From positions 14,488 through 78,487 of the forward strand of contig DAOTHJ010000006.1 of assembly GCA_035447605.1 (NCBI GenBank): a DNA stretch of 64,000 nt. Reading direction: 5' to 3'. Below the pieces are notes generated by a model. That model had not been told where the DNA came from, did not search any database, and saw only the letters and a list, made by a program, of their open reading frames with translations. Origin of the DNA: Oscillospiraceae bacterium. GTDB taxonomy: Bacteria > Bacillota > Clostridia > Oscillospirales > Ruminococcaceae. Shown one piece after another: positions 55,069-63,852 of this stretch. How positions within the stretch are numbered: the first letter of the stretch is position 1; each line of letters starts with the position of its first letter. A program made the position numbers and the translations under genes.

Positions 55069-55243
55069 GGCTTCGCGCCAAATCCCTGCTGACGCTCTCC
55101 GGCGACACGCAGTTTATCGCGATCACGCAAGCGCGGCACGATGGAGCACGCCGACCGCCTCTACGGCGTCACGATGCAGGAGGAGGGCGTTTCGAAGCTT
55201 TTGGAACTCTCCCTCGACGACATGGAAGCCGTGGAAGCCTGAG
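54909..55243 (+). repeat. Tandem duplication of the last ~161 nt of smc (copies 54909-55069 and 55085-55243, 15-nt linker)
   Basis: By my alignment there are 3 substitutions plus one ccgc->ag replacement (net -2 nt). Both copies end at ..gaagcctgag. Confidence 0.9.
55085..55242 (+). pseudogene. Detached, frameshifted second copy of the smc 3' end
   Basis: It has the same reading frame as smc up to the 2-nt loss at about 55129. Downstream a 33-codon ORF remains (ATG 55141: MEHADRLYGVTMQEEGVSKLLELSLDDMEAVEA*). Confidence 0.7.
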
Positions 55244-55405
55244 TCGCGGTGATCCCCCGCCGATTCTTTTCAGCGGCGTCGGAGGGATCTTCAAACTGCC
55301 CGGACTTCTCTTCCGGCAATATGGAAACCATGGAAAATCGTGCATAAAAGTCTCCCGCGTCTGCCAAACTAATTCCGAATACCGGGAGAAAGGCGGGCGC
55401 GGTTT

Positions 55406-56740
55406 GTGAATATTTTGTTTTTGGATCTGTTCGGAGGATACCCGGGCGATTACTCCGCAAATCTTTTTTCCCGGAGCGAATACCGGGAGCTGGATTTCGG
55501 CGAAAGTTCCGACCGGATGAAGCACCTCTCCGCCGCGCTGGAAAAGCAGGGTCACACGGTCACCGTGCTGGCCGGCCTCCCGACCCTTGATTCGGATGAG
55601 CCCGATGAGCACAAAAAAGAGGGCATGTTTCTGCCTTGTGAGCACGGAGAAGCCGTCTGGCTCTACGTCCGCGTGCGGCAGGATCAGAACAATTCCTCTA
55701 TCCCCTACAAGGCGCTGCTGGACTATAACTTTTTGCTCTACGAATACGCCTCCGATCTTGCGAAGATGCTCAAACCGGATGCCGTGGTCTCCGCCTCGGC
55801 TTATCCCTTCGACATCTACCCCGCCCGAAAAATTGCCAAAAAGGCCGGTTCCAAGCTGATCCGCGACCTGCACGATCTGCTGCCGGACCGGCTTCTTGCG
55901 GAGAGCGGCCCAAAGCCCTCTCCGGCCTTTCTGACCGTGCTGCGCGGCGCCGTAAAACGAAGCTGCGGACAGCCGGGGCTTGTGATTTCTTCCATCCCCT
56001 CCTCGGACGAATGGATGGAAAAATTCGCGAAGCCCCAAAAATTCCTCTATCTCTCCGCGGCCGCCTCCGACACCCGCAAGAAATGCTCCGAATTCACCGC
56101 CGGCCTGATCGAGCAGATCGAGGCCTGCAAAGCGGAGGGGCGCTTCACGTTTCTCTATTCCGGTCCGGTCACCGACGGGCGCTCCCTGCGGGCTTTTTTG
56201 CTCGCCGCAAAGGATGCAAAGGAGAACCCCGCGTTTTTCCTCTCCGGCGACGGCAGTTACAAGATCATCCTGCGCCGCATCGCAAAGGAACAGGATATTG
56301 AAAATTTTTATTTTCTGGATGCGGTGCCCGAGGCAGACGAAAAGGCGCTGCTCTCCGCGGCGGACTGCGTCTTCTTCGGCACAAAAAAGAGCTCTCTCTC
56401 GGAATACGGCTTCTCCGCGGAACCGGTTCTCTCGCGGATGCTGTCGGGTAGACCGCTCGTCTGCGCGACCGGCACGCCGAACGCGCCTGTCGCCCGCACC
56501 AACTGCGGCATCCTGACCGAGCCCGAGGACGCGGCCGGCATCGTCTCCGCCGTGGATAAGATGCAGTCGCTCTCTGCGCAGGAGCGAAACGCGATGGGCG
56601 CCGCCGGCCGGAAATATGTGCTGGAACGCCATTCCTACGATATTCTGGCGGAACGCTACGCCTCCGCCATCGAAAACCTCGGCAACCCCCCGCCCAAGGA
56701 GGAGCTTCTGCCGGAAACGCCCGGAGAGGCCCCGGCCTGA
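55406..56740 (+). CDS. GT-B fold glycosyltransferase (GT4-like)
   Basis: VNILFLDLFGGYPGD... N-terminus and a C-terminal half with ..FFGTKKSSLSEYGFSAEPV..SGRPLV.. GTG start. 444 aa. Confidence 0.65.
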   Translation: MNILFLDLFGGYPGDYSANLFSRSEYRELDFGESSDRMKHLSAALEKQGHTVTVLAGLPTLDSDEPDEHKKEGMFLPCEHGEAVWLYVRVRQDQNNSSIPYKALLDYNFLLYEYASDLAKMLKPDAVVSASAYPFDIYPARKIAKKAGSKLIRDLHDLLPDRLLAESGPKPSPAFLTVLRGAVKRSCGQPGLVISSIPSSDEWMEKFAKPQKFLYLSAAASDTRKKCSEFTAGLIEQIEACKAEGRFTFLYSGPVTDGRSLRAFLLAAKDAKENPAFFLSGDGSYKIILRRIAKEQDIENFYFLDAVPEADEKALLSAADCVFFGTKKSSLSEYGFSAEPVLSRMLSGRPLVCATGTPNAPVARTNCGILTEPEDAAGIVSAVDKMQSLSAQERNAMGAAGRKYVLERHSYDILAERYASAIENLGNPPPKEELLPETPGEAPA

Positions 56741-56900
56741 AGATATCTTCGGCGGAAATCCCGGCCGGAAAACACCTGACAAAGTGCCGTTTCGGCTGCA
56801 GCCCGGCGGGGCGTCATGCCTCCGATCCTCCCATCCTCCGTATGCGGAGGAAACAGCGTCCGCGGGCTCCTGACGCGCCCCGGACGGGAAAGGACATCTT

Positions 56901-57674
56901 ATGTTTCTTGTGATCGATATCGGCAACACGACGATGGAATTCGGTGTCTACGACGGCGAAAAGCTTGCCGCCGTCTTTCGCCTCGGCACGAAGCGGGATA
57001 TCACCTCGGACGAGGTCGGCCTCTTCGCCGGGCAGTTTTTTGAGATGCAGCACATCCCGCGCAGCGCCGTCACCGAGGCCGCCATCGGCTCGGTCGTGCC
57101 GCAGATCAACTATACGGTTTCGAGCGCCGTCATCAAATATTTCGGCGTCACGCCGAAGATTATCGGCGAGACGGTTCTCTGCCCGATTCCGAACCTCTAT
57201 GACCGGCCCTCAGAGGTGGGCGCGGACCGTCTGATGGATGCCTACGCCGCCTACCACAAATACGGCGGGCCGCTCGTCATCGTCGATTTCGGCACCGCCA
57301 CCTGCTGCGACGCCGTCTCCGCCAAGGGCGAATTCCTCGGCGGCGTGATCTACCCCGGCATCAAGGTTTCCATGGACGCCCTGTTTGAAAAGGCCGCGAA
57401 GCTCCCGCGCATCGAACTGATTGATCCGGAGGTGCCCTACGGAAAGAACACCGTCCAGAGCATGCAGGCCGGCGCCTACTACGGCTATCTCGGCGCCGTG
57501 GAAAAGCTCACCGCCAACATCAAGGCGTCGCTCGGCCCGAAGACAAAGATCGTCGCGACCGGTGGCTTCTCCCGCCTGTTTGAAAATTCGGGGCTGTTCG
57601 ACATTGTGGATTACCGCCTGCCGCTCGAAGGCATCCGGATGACCTGCGAGGCCGCAAGACAGGCGGCGCTCTGA
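56901..57674 (+). CDS. coaX: Type III pantothenate kinase
   Basis: MFLVIDIGNTTMEFGVY..., ..VGADRL.., ..VIVDFGTATC.., ..ATGGFS.. Confidence 0.9.
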   Translation: MFLVIDIGNTTMEFGVYDGEKLAAVFRLGTKRDITSDEVGLFAGQFFEMQHIPRSAVTEAAIGSVVPQINYTVSSAVIKYFGVTPKIIGETVLCPIPNLYDRPSEVGADRLMDAYAAYHKYGGPLVIVDFGTATCCDAVSAKGEFLGGVIYPGIKVSMDALFEKAAKLPRIELIDPEVPYGKNTVQSMQAGAYYGYLGAVEKLTANIKASLGPKTKIVATGGFSRLFENSGLFDIVDYRLPLEGIRMTCEAARQAAL

Positions 57675-57756
57675 GCCTTTTCCTCCGGTTTCACAGCCGA
57701 TATTCGCAGACCGGCCTGTCTTTCAGCGCCCGGCGCGCTTTTTCCAAGAGAAACAA

Positions 57757-57802
57757 ACAGCCGTGCTCAAACGATTGATTTGAGCACGGCTGTAATTTTT
57801 TA
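57757..57802. terminator. Bidirectional intrinsic terminator between coaX and panE
   Basis: acagccgtgctcaaa / tttgagcacggctgt 15-bp stem, followed by a T-run. Confidence 0.8.
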
Positions 57803-57938
57803 TGTTTTCCCGTGGAGTATTAAAACGAAGATAGAAGTCTGCGCGGTTTCAGCTCCATGGATATTTTCTGCCTTATATGGAAATCTTCTCACGGGCCCGG
57901 AAAGCCGCCTGTTTTCTCTTTGAAGCGGTCGTACTTTG

Positions 57939-58853
57939 TTATACGGAGAGCCCGATTCCTTCCGCCACGGCCCGCAGGCAGGGCATCGTGAGCCCCGCGG
58001 CCTCCCCGATGCGAAGCGGCTCCGCGATCAGGGTGTCGGTCTCGACCCTTCCGCCCTTCTTATAATCCATATAGGCGGAAGGCCACGTCCCCGGCTTTGT
58101 CGCCGACCAGAAAAACGAGAGCAGATTCTCCTTGGCCCCATCCTGAAGCGCGATCCCCAGCGGGCCGGCGAGCGCGAACTCCTCCGCCGCGAGCGACTCG
58201 AAGAACGCGTGTTTCTCCGGTTCCTCGATGAGCGGGGTAGAATCGCAGTCAAAATGAATGCAGGCCGCCGCATAACAGGAGATCCAGACGAATTTCAGCA
58301 AAATTTCCTTTCGGATTTCATGGGAATAGACGTACTCGATGCCCGCCTGTTGGAGGTCCGCCGCGAACTGCGAGAGCGCCGCCTGCAAATGCTCCTCCCC
58401 AAATTCGCCGAAGACCGGGCGGATCACCTTTCCGGTCTGCGTGACCTCGCCGGGCGCCGAGAGGTAGCCGCCGAGGTAGATGCAGCCGTCGATCACTTCA
58501 TATTCCGGCAAAAGCTCCGCGAGGCGCGCGCCGTTAAAGAGGCCGTTCATCAGCGGAAGCAAAACGGCGCCCGGATGCGCGATTCTTTTCAGAAACGGCA
58601 GCAGCGGCCCGATGGAATAGGTCTTTGTGCATAAGAGGATGAAATCCGGGCTTCCGGCATATTCACTCTCGGTGAAGCAGCGTTCCGCCGGCAGCACATA
58701 GTCCCGGTCCAGCCCGTGGAACAGGAGCCCGTGCCGCTTCATGGCTTCGTAATTTCCCCCGCGGGCAAGCGCATCCACCTCAAGCCCGGCATCTCCCATT
58801 TTTGCCGCGAGGCAGCCGCCGACGCCGCCCGCTCCGATGACAAGATAGTTCAA
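57939..58853 (-). CDS. panE: 2-dehydropantoate 2-reductase (ApbA/PanE family)
   Basis: MNYLVIGAGGVGGCLAAKM... Rossmann N-terminus, ..LLCTKTY.., 304 aa. TTG start after AAAGGGGAG. Confidence 0.75.
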   Translation of the reverse strand: MNYLVIGAGGVGGCLAAKMGDAGLEVDALARGGNYEAMKRHGLLFHGLDRDYVLPAERCFTESEYAGSPDFILLCTKTYSIGPLLPFLKRIAHPGAVLLPLMNGLFNGARLAELLPEYEVIDGCIYLGGYLSAPGEVTQTGKVIRPVFGEFGEEHLQAALSQFAADLQQAGIEYVYSHEIRKEILLKFVWISCYAAACIHFDCDSTPLIEEPEKHAFFESLAAEEFALAGPLGIALQDGAKENLLSFFWSATKPGTWPSAYMDYKKGGRVETDTLIAEPLRIGEAAGLTMPCLRAVAEGIGLSV

Positions 58854-59081
58854 TGTATGTCTCCCCTTTTATGTGTGTCGCCCGCCGAGTATGGCGGATT
58901 CGAGCGCCGCGCTCTCACAAATCGTGACGCCGCCGGGCGGACAGACCGCATTCTTGCGCGCAACGCTATTCCCCATACGCCGGAGAAGCCCGCCGCCGCG
59001 TTTCAACAAAAACGCCGTGCACCCGTCTTTCTCCCTTCGGAAAAATGTGCTCCGATCCTGAACCCGGGTACCGCGCCGAAT

Positions 59082-59867
59082 TCAGCCGCCCATCACGGCA
59101 TCCACCGCATCCATACAGGCCGCGCGGAAACCGGCGTGTTCCAGAGCGGCGACTCCGCGGATCGTGGTGCCGCCGGGCGAACAGACCGCGTCCTTGAGGG
59201 CAGCGGGATGTTCCTCGGTTTCCAGTTGGAGTTTTGCCGCGCCCAGCAGCATCCGGGAGACCAGCTCATATGAGAGTCCCCTTGGTAAGCCGTATTTGAC
59301 CGCCGCATCCGCCATGGCCTCGATAAACAGGTCCGCAAAGGCAGGCCCGCAGCCGGTGACGGCCCCCGCGGCGCCCATCAGACGGCCCGGAAGCTCCTGT
59401 ACGAAGCCGATCGAGGAGAACATCCGCATGACCTCCCGCCGTTCCTCCTCTTCGAGGGAGTTTTCTTCCTCAAAGAGAAACACGCCCTCGCCGACCATGG
59501 CGGGCGTATTCGGCATGATCGCCTGAAAGCGGACGCCGGGCTCGAGCACCTGCCGATACCGGCAAAAATCCCAGCCCGCCGCGATCGAAAGGAGGGCCTT
59601 GCCGGGCAGCATGCCGCCGATTTCGTTCAGGACTTCCTCGATCTGATAAGGCTTGCAGGCCATGATAAGGATGTCGCTCTCCGCCGCGAGCTGCGAAAGC
59701 TCCGCGCAGGGGCGGAACCCGAGGCGCGAGGCGCTCTCCCGCAGTTTTTCCTGAAGCGGATCGTAGGCGGATACCTGCATCCGCTCCACCGCGCCGGAGC
59801 CGATGATCCCCCCAGCGATGGCCTTCGCCATATTCCCCATTCCGATAAAACCGATCCTCCGATCCAT
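59082..59867 (-). CDS. proC: Pyrroline-5-carboxylate reductase
   Basis: ..IGFIGMGNMAKAIAGG.., ..MPNTPAMVGEG.., ..VCSPGGTTI.. 261 aa. Confidence 0.9.
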   Translation of the reverse strand: MDRRIGFIGMGNMAKAIAGGIIGSGAVERMQVSAYDPLQEKLRESASRLGFRPCAELSQLAAESDILIMACKPYQIEEVLNEIGGMLPGKALLSIAAGWDFCRYRQVLEPGVRFQAIMPNTPAMVGEGVFLFEEENSLEEEERREVMRMFSSIGFVQELPGRLMGAAGAVTGCGPAFADLFIEAMADAAVKYGLPRGLSYELVSRMLLGAAKLQLETEEHPAALKDAVCSPGGTTIRGVAALEHAGFRAACMDAVDAVMGG

Positions 59868-60110
59868 GATACAGCCCCCTCCCGGATTGTTTCGTCCATT
59901 ATAGCATAGACGATTTGGAAAGAAAAGCGGTTTTCCGGCGGCATGGGGCCCGCGTTCCGACAGAGGCAAAAAGCCCGCCGGCCTCTTTCGTCCGGAGAAA
60001 GCAGCCGCCGGAGAAATTCCGGCCGTTTTTTTGCCTCCCGGATTTTTCTTGCAATGCAAAAGCCGTGCGGGGTATAATAAGGCTATCCTTTTTTTGCGGA
60101 GGTGAACGGC

Positions 60111-60614
60111 ATGTACGACGAGCTGACTGAAAAAGATATTGAAAAGATGAAAGCGGAGGTCGAGCACCGGAAACTGGAGCTGCGCCCCGAGCTGATCATG
60201 GAGGTCAAGCGCACCCGCGAATTCGGCGACCTCAGCGAAAATTTTGAATACAAGGAGGCCAAGCGCGCCAAAAACCGGAACGACAGCCGCATCCGCTACC
60301 TCGAGGCGATGATCAAAACGGCGAAGATCATCGGCGGTGAGGCGGCGGAGGGCACGGTCGGCCTCTACGACAAAGTCTGCGTCTACGTCCCGGAGGACGA
60401 CGAGCTCGAATCCTATCAGATCGTGACCACCGTGCGCTGCGATCCGACGGAGGGCCGGGTCAGCAAGGATTCCCCTTTCGGCAGAGCCGTTTTCGGCCGC
60501 AAAGTCGGCGATAAGGTGACCGTCGCCGTCAACGAGGGATGCAGCTATGAGGTGGAGATCCGCTCCATCGAGAAGATGGAGGACGACGACTCCGCGCCGC
60601 TGATGCCCTACTGA
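60111..60614 (+). CDS. greA: Transcription elongation factor GreA
   Basis: ..REFGDLSENFEYKEAK.. signature. ATG 6 nt after GGAGGTG. Confidence 0.9.
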   Translation: MYDELTEKDIEKMKAEVEHRKLELRPELIMEVKRTREFGDLSENFEYKEAKRAKNRNDSRIRYLEAMIKTAKIIGGEAAEGTVGLYDKVCVYVPEDDELESYQIVTTVRCDPTEGRVSKDSPFGRAVFGRKVGDKVTVAVNEGCSYEVEIRSIEKMEDDDSAPLMPY

Positions 60615-60803
60615 TCGCCGCTGCCTGGTGAAAATGTCAGGCGGGCGGGTTTCTAATTTACGGAAGCGGAAAACCATGGGAGCCTCGGCACGTCGGCACC
60701 GGGAATACCCTGTGTCGGAGACGGAAAACCTTTTTCCCCCGCCGTCCCGGATGCGGACAGGCTCTTTGACGGAAACCCGAAAGCTCTCCGTCAAAAAACA
60801 AAG

Positions 60804-60850
60804 TAAAAAAACAGCCCTTTCGCATGTCTCTCCGCATGTGAAAGGGCTGT
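60804..60850 (-). terminator. Intrinsic terminator on the minus strand (downstream of the CBS gene)
   Basis: acagccctttc.catg / catg.gaaagggctgt stem. The U-run exists only on the minus strand (plus-strand A-run at 60804-60811). Confidence 0.6.
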
Positions 60851-61013
60851 CTGATTCCTGCCTTTAAATGGGTTCCTGTTTTCAGACAGGCTCCTGTGAT
60901 CTGACAAATGTCTATGATGGAAGCCGGGGTTTGGGGGCGTAGAAAAAAATCCTCCCCCTTGGCCGCGGCCGAAGCCGTTTTTTTGCGGATTTTCGTGCGG
61001 ATTCGACGGAATC

Positions 61014-61523
61014 TTACAGTAGGCCGGCGTACCCGGTCTCGCGTTTTCCGTTTACGCCTTCCGGATAAATCTCCGGACAGACCTGAGCGGCCGGGGTTCC
61101 CTTTTCTTCCGCCGGATCGGCAAAATACTGCATGATTGCCTTTCTGGTGACAATTCCGATGAAAGCGCCGCGCCCGTCCACGACGGGGATAAAGTTTCGG
61201 TTCATCGCCTGCGCCAGAAGCTCCTCGACCGTCACGGTGATCGGCACCGGCGGGTATCGGTCGGGCTTGAGGATATCCCGCAGCAGCAGGTCTTCCATAT
61301 CCTTTAGCGAGATCCCGTCCTCCGAATCGGCCTTCCCCACCAGGTACCAGAGGAAGTCGCCCTCGCTCACCGTGCCGATATAGATATTCTCCCTCGTCGT
61401 CACGGGAACGGCCGTGTAATGGTAAAAATGCATCTTTTCCAGCCCCTGCCGGATCGTGCTGTCCTCATACAGCGTTGCTACAAAGAGCTTCGGCGTCAGA
61501 AAATGCGCGATATTCACTGGCAT
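61014..61523 (-). CDS. CBS-domain pair protein
   Basis: About 169 aa. Two CBS-like units (..TAVPVTTRENIYIGTVSEGD.. and ..FIPVVDGRGAFIGIVTRKAI..). GGGAGGG SD. Confidence 0.7.
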   Translation of the reverse strand: MPVNIAHFLTPKLFVATLYEDSTIRQGLEKMHFYHYTAVPVTTRENIYIGTVSEGDFLWYLVGKADSEDGISLKDMEDLLLRDILKPDRYPPVPITVTVEELLAQAMNRNFIPVVDGRGAFIGIVTRKAIMQYFADPAEEKGTPAAQVCPEIYPEGVNGKRETGYAGLL

Positions 61524-61879
61524 CCCTCCCGAAGAATTTGGTTTTCTCTCATGATGCCGCAAAGCAAATCGGATGCGGCATCCCCGGCTGCCGCAGTCAG
61601 GCGGCCGGGTAACGGCATCGCAGCCGTTCCACAAATATTATATCATCCTGCCGGTGCTCCCGTCCATACGAAGTCCCTCTTTTGCAAGAAAAGAATCCGG
61701 CGGCGCAATTTTGGCCGAAAAATTGTCATCTATGCCATTTCATCCTATTCTTCAAGGGGCGTTTTCTGCTTGTCCCATGGATTTTTCCCCAAAAAATTAT
61801 TTTGAAGTGCCGTCTTCTTGCACGAAACCCTCACCTGGGGTATACTGAATCATAACTTATAAAAGAGGGAGGCTTCCCA

Positions 61880-63040
61880 TTGGAGCAGAGACATCGTCCG
61901 GAGTGCCGGTATGCGGAGACATGCGGCGGCTGCCAGCTTCAGAATCTGACCTACCCGGAGCAGCTCGCCTTCAAGCAGCGGAAGATGGAGGCCCTGCTGG
62001 GGAAATTCGGCCCCGTCGCGCCCATCATCGGGATGAAGAACCCCTGGCATTACCGCAACAAGGTGCAGGCGGCGTTCGGCTTTTCGCCGGAGCGCGGCAT
62101 CGTCTCCGGCATCTATCAGGCCTCGAGCCACCGGATCGTTCCCGTGAGCCACTGTCTGATCGAGAACGATACGGCCGGCGGAATCATCCGGACCATTCGC
62201 GAGCTGATGCCGGAATTCAAAATCACGGCCTACGACGAGCGCACTGAAACCGGCTTTCTGCGGCATGTGCTGGTGAAGCACGGCTTCGCGACCGGCGAAG
62301 TCATGGTCGTGCTCGTGGCGGCCGAGCCGATTTTTAAGCTTCAGAAGCTCTTTCTCAAAAAGCTGCTGGAGCTTCATCCGGAGATCACCACCGTCGTGCT
62401 CAACGTCAACGATAAATTCGGCCCGGTCGTGCTCGGCGATCAGGAAAAAGTGATCTACGGCAAGGGCTATATCGAGGACGTTCTCTGCGGGCTCACCTTC
62501 CGCATCTCGGCGAAATCGTTTTATCAGGTCAACCCGGTTCAGGCCGAGGTTCTATATAAAACCGCCATGCGCTATGCCGCGCTGACCGGAAAAGAGCGCG
62601 TGCTCGACGCCTACTGCGGCATCGGCACCATCGGTATGATCGCAAGCCGGCAGGCGGGCGAGGTGGTCGGTATCGAGCTCAACCGGGATGCCGTCCGGGA
62701 CGCCATCGCCAACGCGAAACGCAACGGCATCCAGAACTGCTGGTTCACGCAGGGCGACGCCGGCGATTTTCTGCACGGCATGGCCAAGGAGCGCGTGCCT
62801 CTCGATGTGGTCTTTCTCGATCCGCCGCGGGACGGCAGCGACCGGAAGTTTCTCTCCTCCCTGCTTGCCATGCGGCCGAAGCGGATCGTCTATATCTCCT
62901 GCGGGCCGGAATCGCTGGCGCGTGACCTTCAGGTGCTCACGGACGGCGGCTACACCGTAAAAGGGGTGCAGCCCGTGGATATGTTCCCGCACACGGAGCA
63001 CGTTGAGACGGTAGTATTGATGTCAAGGGCGAAAGAGTGA
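61880..63040 (+). CDS. RumA/TrmA-family 23S rRNA (uracil-C5)-methyltransferase (RlmD/RlmCD-like, no TRAM domain)
   Basis: N-terminal Fe-S Cys cluster (C..CGGCQLQ), ..FYQVNP.., ..LDAYCGIGTIG.., ..VFLDPPRDG.., ..VDMFPHTEHVETV.. The last ~10 codons switch to A/T-ending codons. Confidence 0.85.
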   Translation: MEQRHRPECRYAETCGGCQLQNLTYPEQLAFKQRKMEALLGKFGPVAPIIGMKNPWHYRNKVQAAFGFSPERGIVSGIYQASSHRIVPVSHCLIENDTAGGIIRTIRELMPEFKITAYDERTETGFLRHVLVKHGFATGEVMVVLVAAEPIFKLQKLFLKKLLELHPEITTVVLNVNDKFGPVVLGDQEKVIYGKGYIEDVLCGLTFRISAKSFYQVNPVQAEVLYKTAMRYAALTGKERVLDAYCGIGTIGMIASRQAGEVVGIELNRDAVRDAIANAKRNGIQNCWFTQGDAGDFLHGMAKERVPLDVVFLDPPRDGSDRKFLSSLLAMRPKRIVYISCGPESLARDLQVLTDGGYTVKGVQPVDMFPHTEHVETVVLMSRAKE

Positions 63041-63161
63041 GTGTGTGAAAAAGCCTTAAATATCAAGGCTTTCAGCACACATGGGCGTAAAACCCATTGA
63101 ACGAAAAACATGAAAATATCGCTTCGTGGAAACAAGTCCAAAGGGGCTGTTTTGATAGTCA

Positions 63162-63280
63162 AGTGGTCAGGTTAGATGTCATAGCCCTGCGAGTGGTCGA
63201 GTTAGATGTCAGGGGTCATGAGTGGTCAGGTTAGATGTTTTTTCGGGGGTTTTTGAGGTTGTGTGGTCAGGTTTGATGTT
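63162..63280 (+). repeat. Four direct 19-nt repeats (aGTGGTCAGGTTAGATGTy)
   Basis: Copies at 63162-63180, 63192-63210, 63221-63239 and 63262-63280, with start-to-start spacing of 30, 29 and 41 nt. A degenerate fifth copy (tatgCCAGGTTGAATGTc) lies at 63918-63935. Confidence 0.85.
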
Positions 63281-63334
63281 GACTAAAAATGTGTTTATTG
63301 AAGCGAAAGATTTAAATTTGAACGGAGGGGTTGC

Positions 63335-63829
63335 ATGGTAAATGAAAAAGATGCCATTGAGATAATTTTTTATGCCGAAGAAAATGAGATTGCCATTTGG
63401 TTAGATGGCGGCTGGGGAGTTGATGCTCTCTTAGGTGAGGAAACAAGGGTCCACAACGATATTGATTTGTTTGTGGAAAAAAGCAATAGCAAAAAATTTC
63501 TTGAAATAATAAAAGAAAAAGGCTTTTCTGAAGTTATCGAAGCATATACCACTACAGATCACACGGTTTGGAAGGACGCTAAAGGTAGGATAATCGATCT
63601 TCATATATTTGAATTCGATGAACAGGGATACCTTGTTTTTGAAGGAGAAGCTTATCCTCCAGAAGTGTTTAGTGGTATCGGGAAAATAGGAGATAAAGTG
63701 GTAAAGTGTATAGATGCTAAGAATCAAGTTTTATTTCACCTGGGATATGAGTATGATGAAAATGATGTTCATGATGTAAGACTTTTGTGCGAGAGGTTTA
63801 ATATTCCTATTCCTAATGAATATAAATAA
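63335..63829 (+). CDS. lnu: Lincosamide nucleotidyltransferase (Lnu family; 164 aa as in Lnu(C)/Lnu(D)-type proteins)
   Basis: ..IAIWLDGGWGVDALLGEETRVHNDIDLFV.. nucleotidyltransferase core and ..CIDAKNQVLFHLGYEYDENDVHDVRLL.. match my recall of Lnu proteins. GGAGGGG SD. Low-GC codon usage. Confidence 0.8.
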   Translation: MVNEKDAIEIIFYAEENEIAIWLDGGWGVDALLGEETRVHNDIDLFVEKSNSKKFLEIIKEKGFSEVIEAYTTTDHTVWKDAKGRIIDLHIFEFDEQGYLVFEGEAYPPEVFSGIGKIGDKVVKCIDAKNQVLFHLGYEYDENDVHDVRLLCERFNIPIPNEYK

Positions 63830-63831
63830 CT

Positions 63832-63852
63832 GACAAATTTTAATTTGTCTTT
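63832..63852 (+). terminator. Weak AT-rich hairpin after lnu
   Basis: gacaaa-ttttaa-tttgtc followed by ttt. Confidence 0.3.

Noticed and set aside
54926-55252. 108-aa ORF covering both copies of the smc 3' end.
   Set aside because: It is off-frame relative to smc. It is open only because the duplicated sequence repeats an accidentally open alternative frame.
60760-60800. Hairpin tttgacgga...tccgtcaaa downstream of greA, considered as the greA terminator.
   Set aside because: On the plus strand the stem is followed by an A-run, not a U-run. On the minus strand the U-run precedes the stem. It therefore fits neither orientation of an intrinsic terminator.
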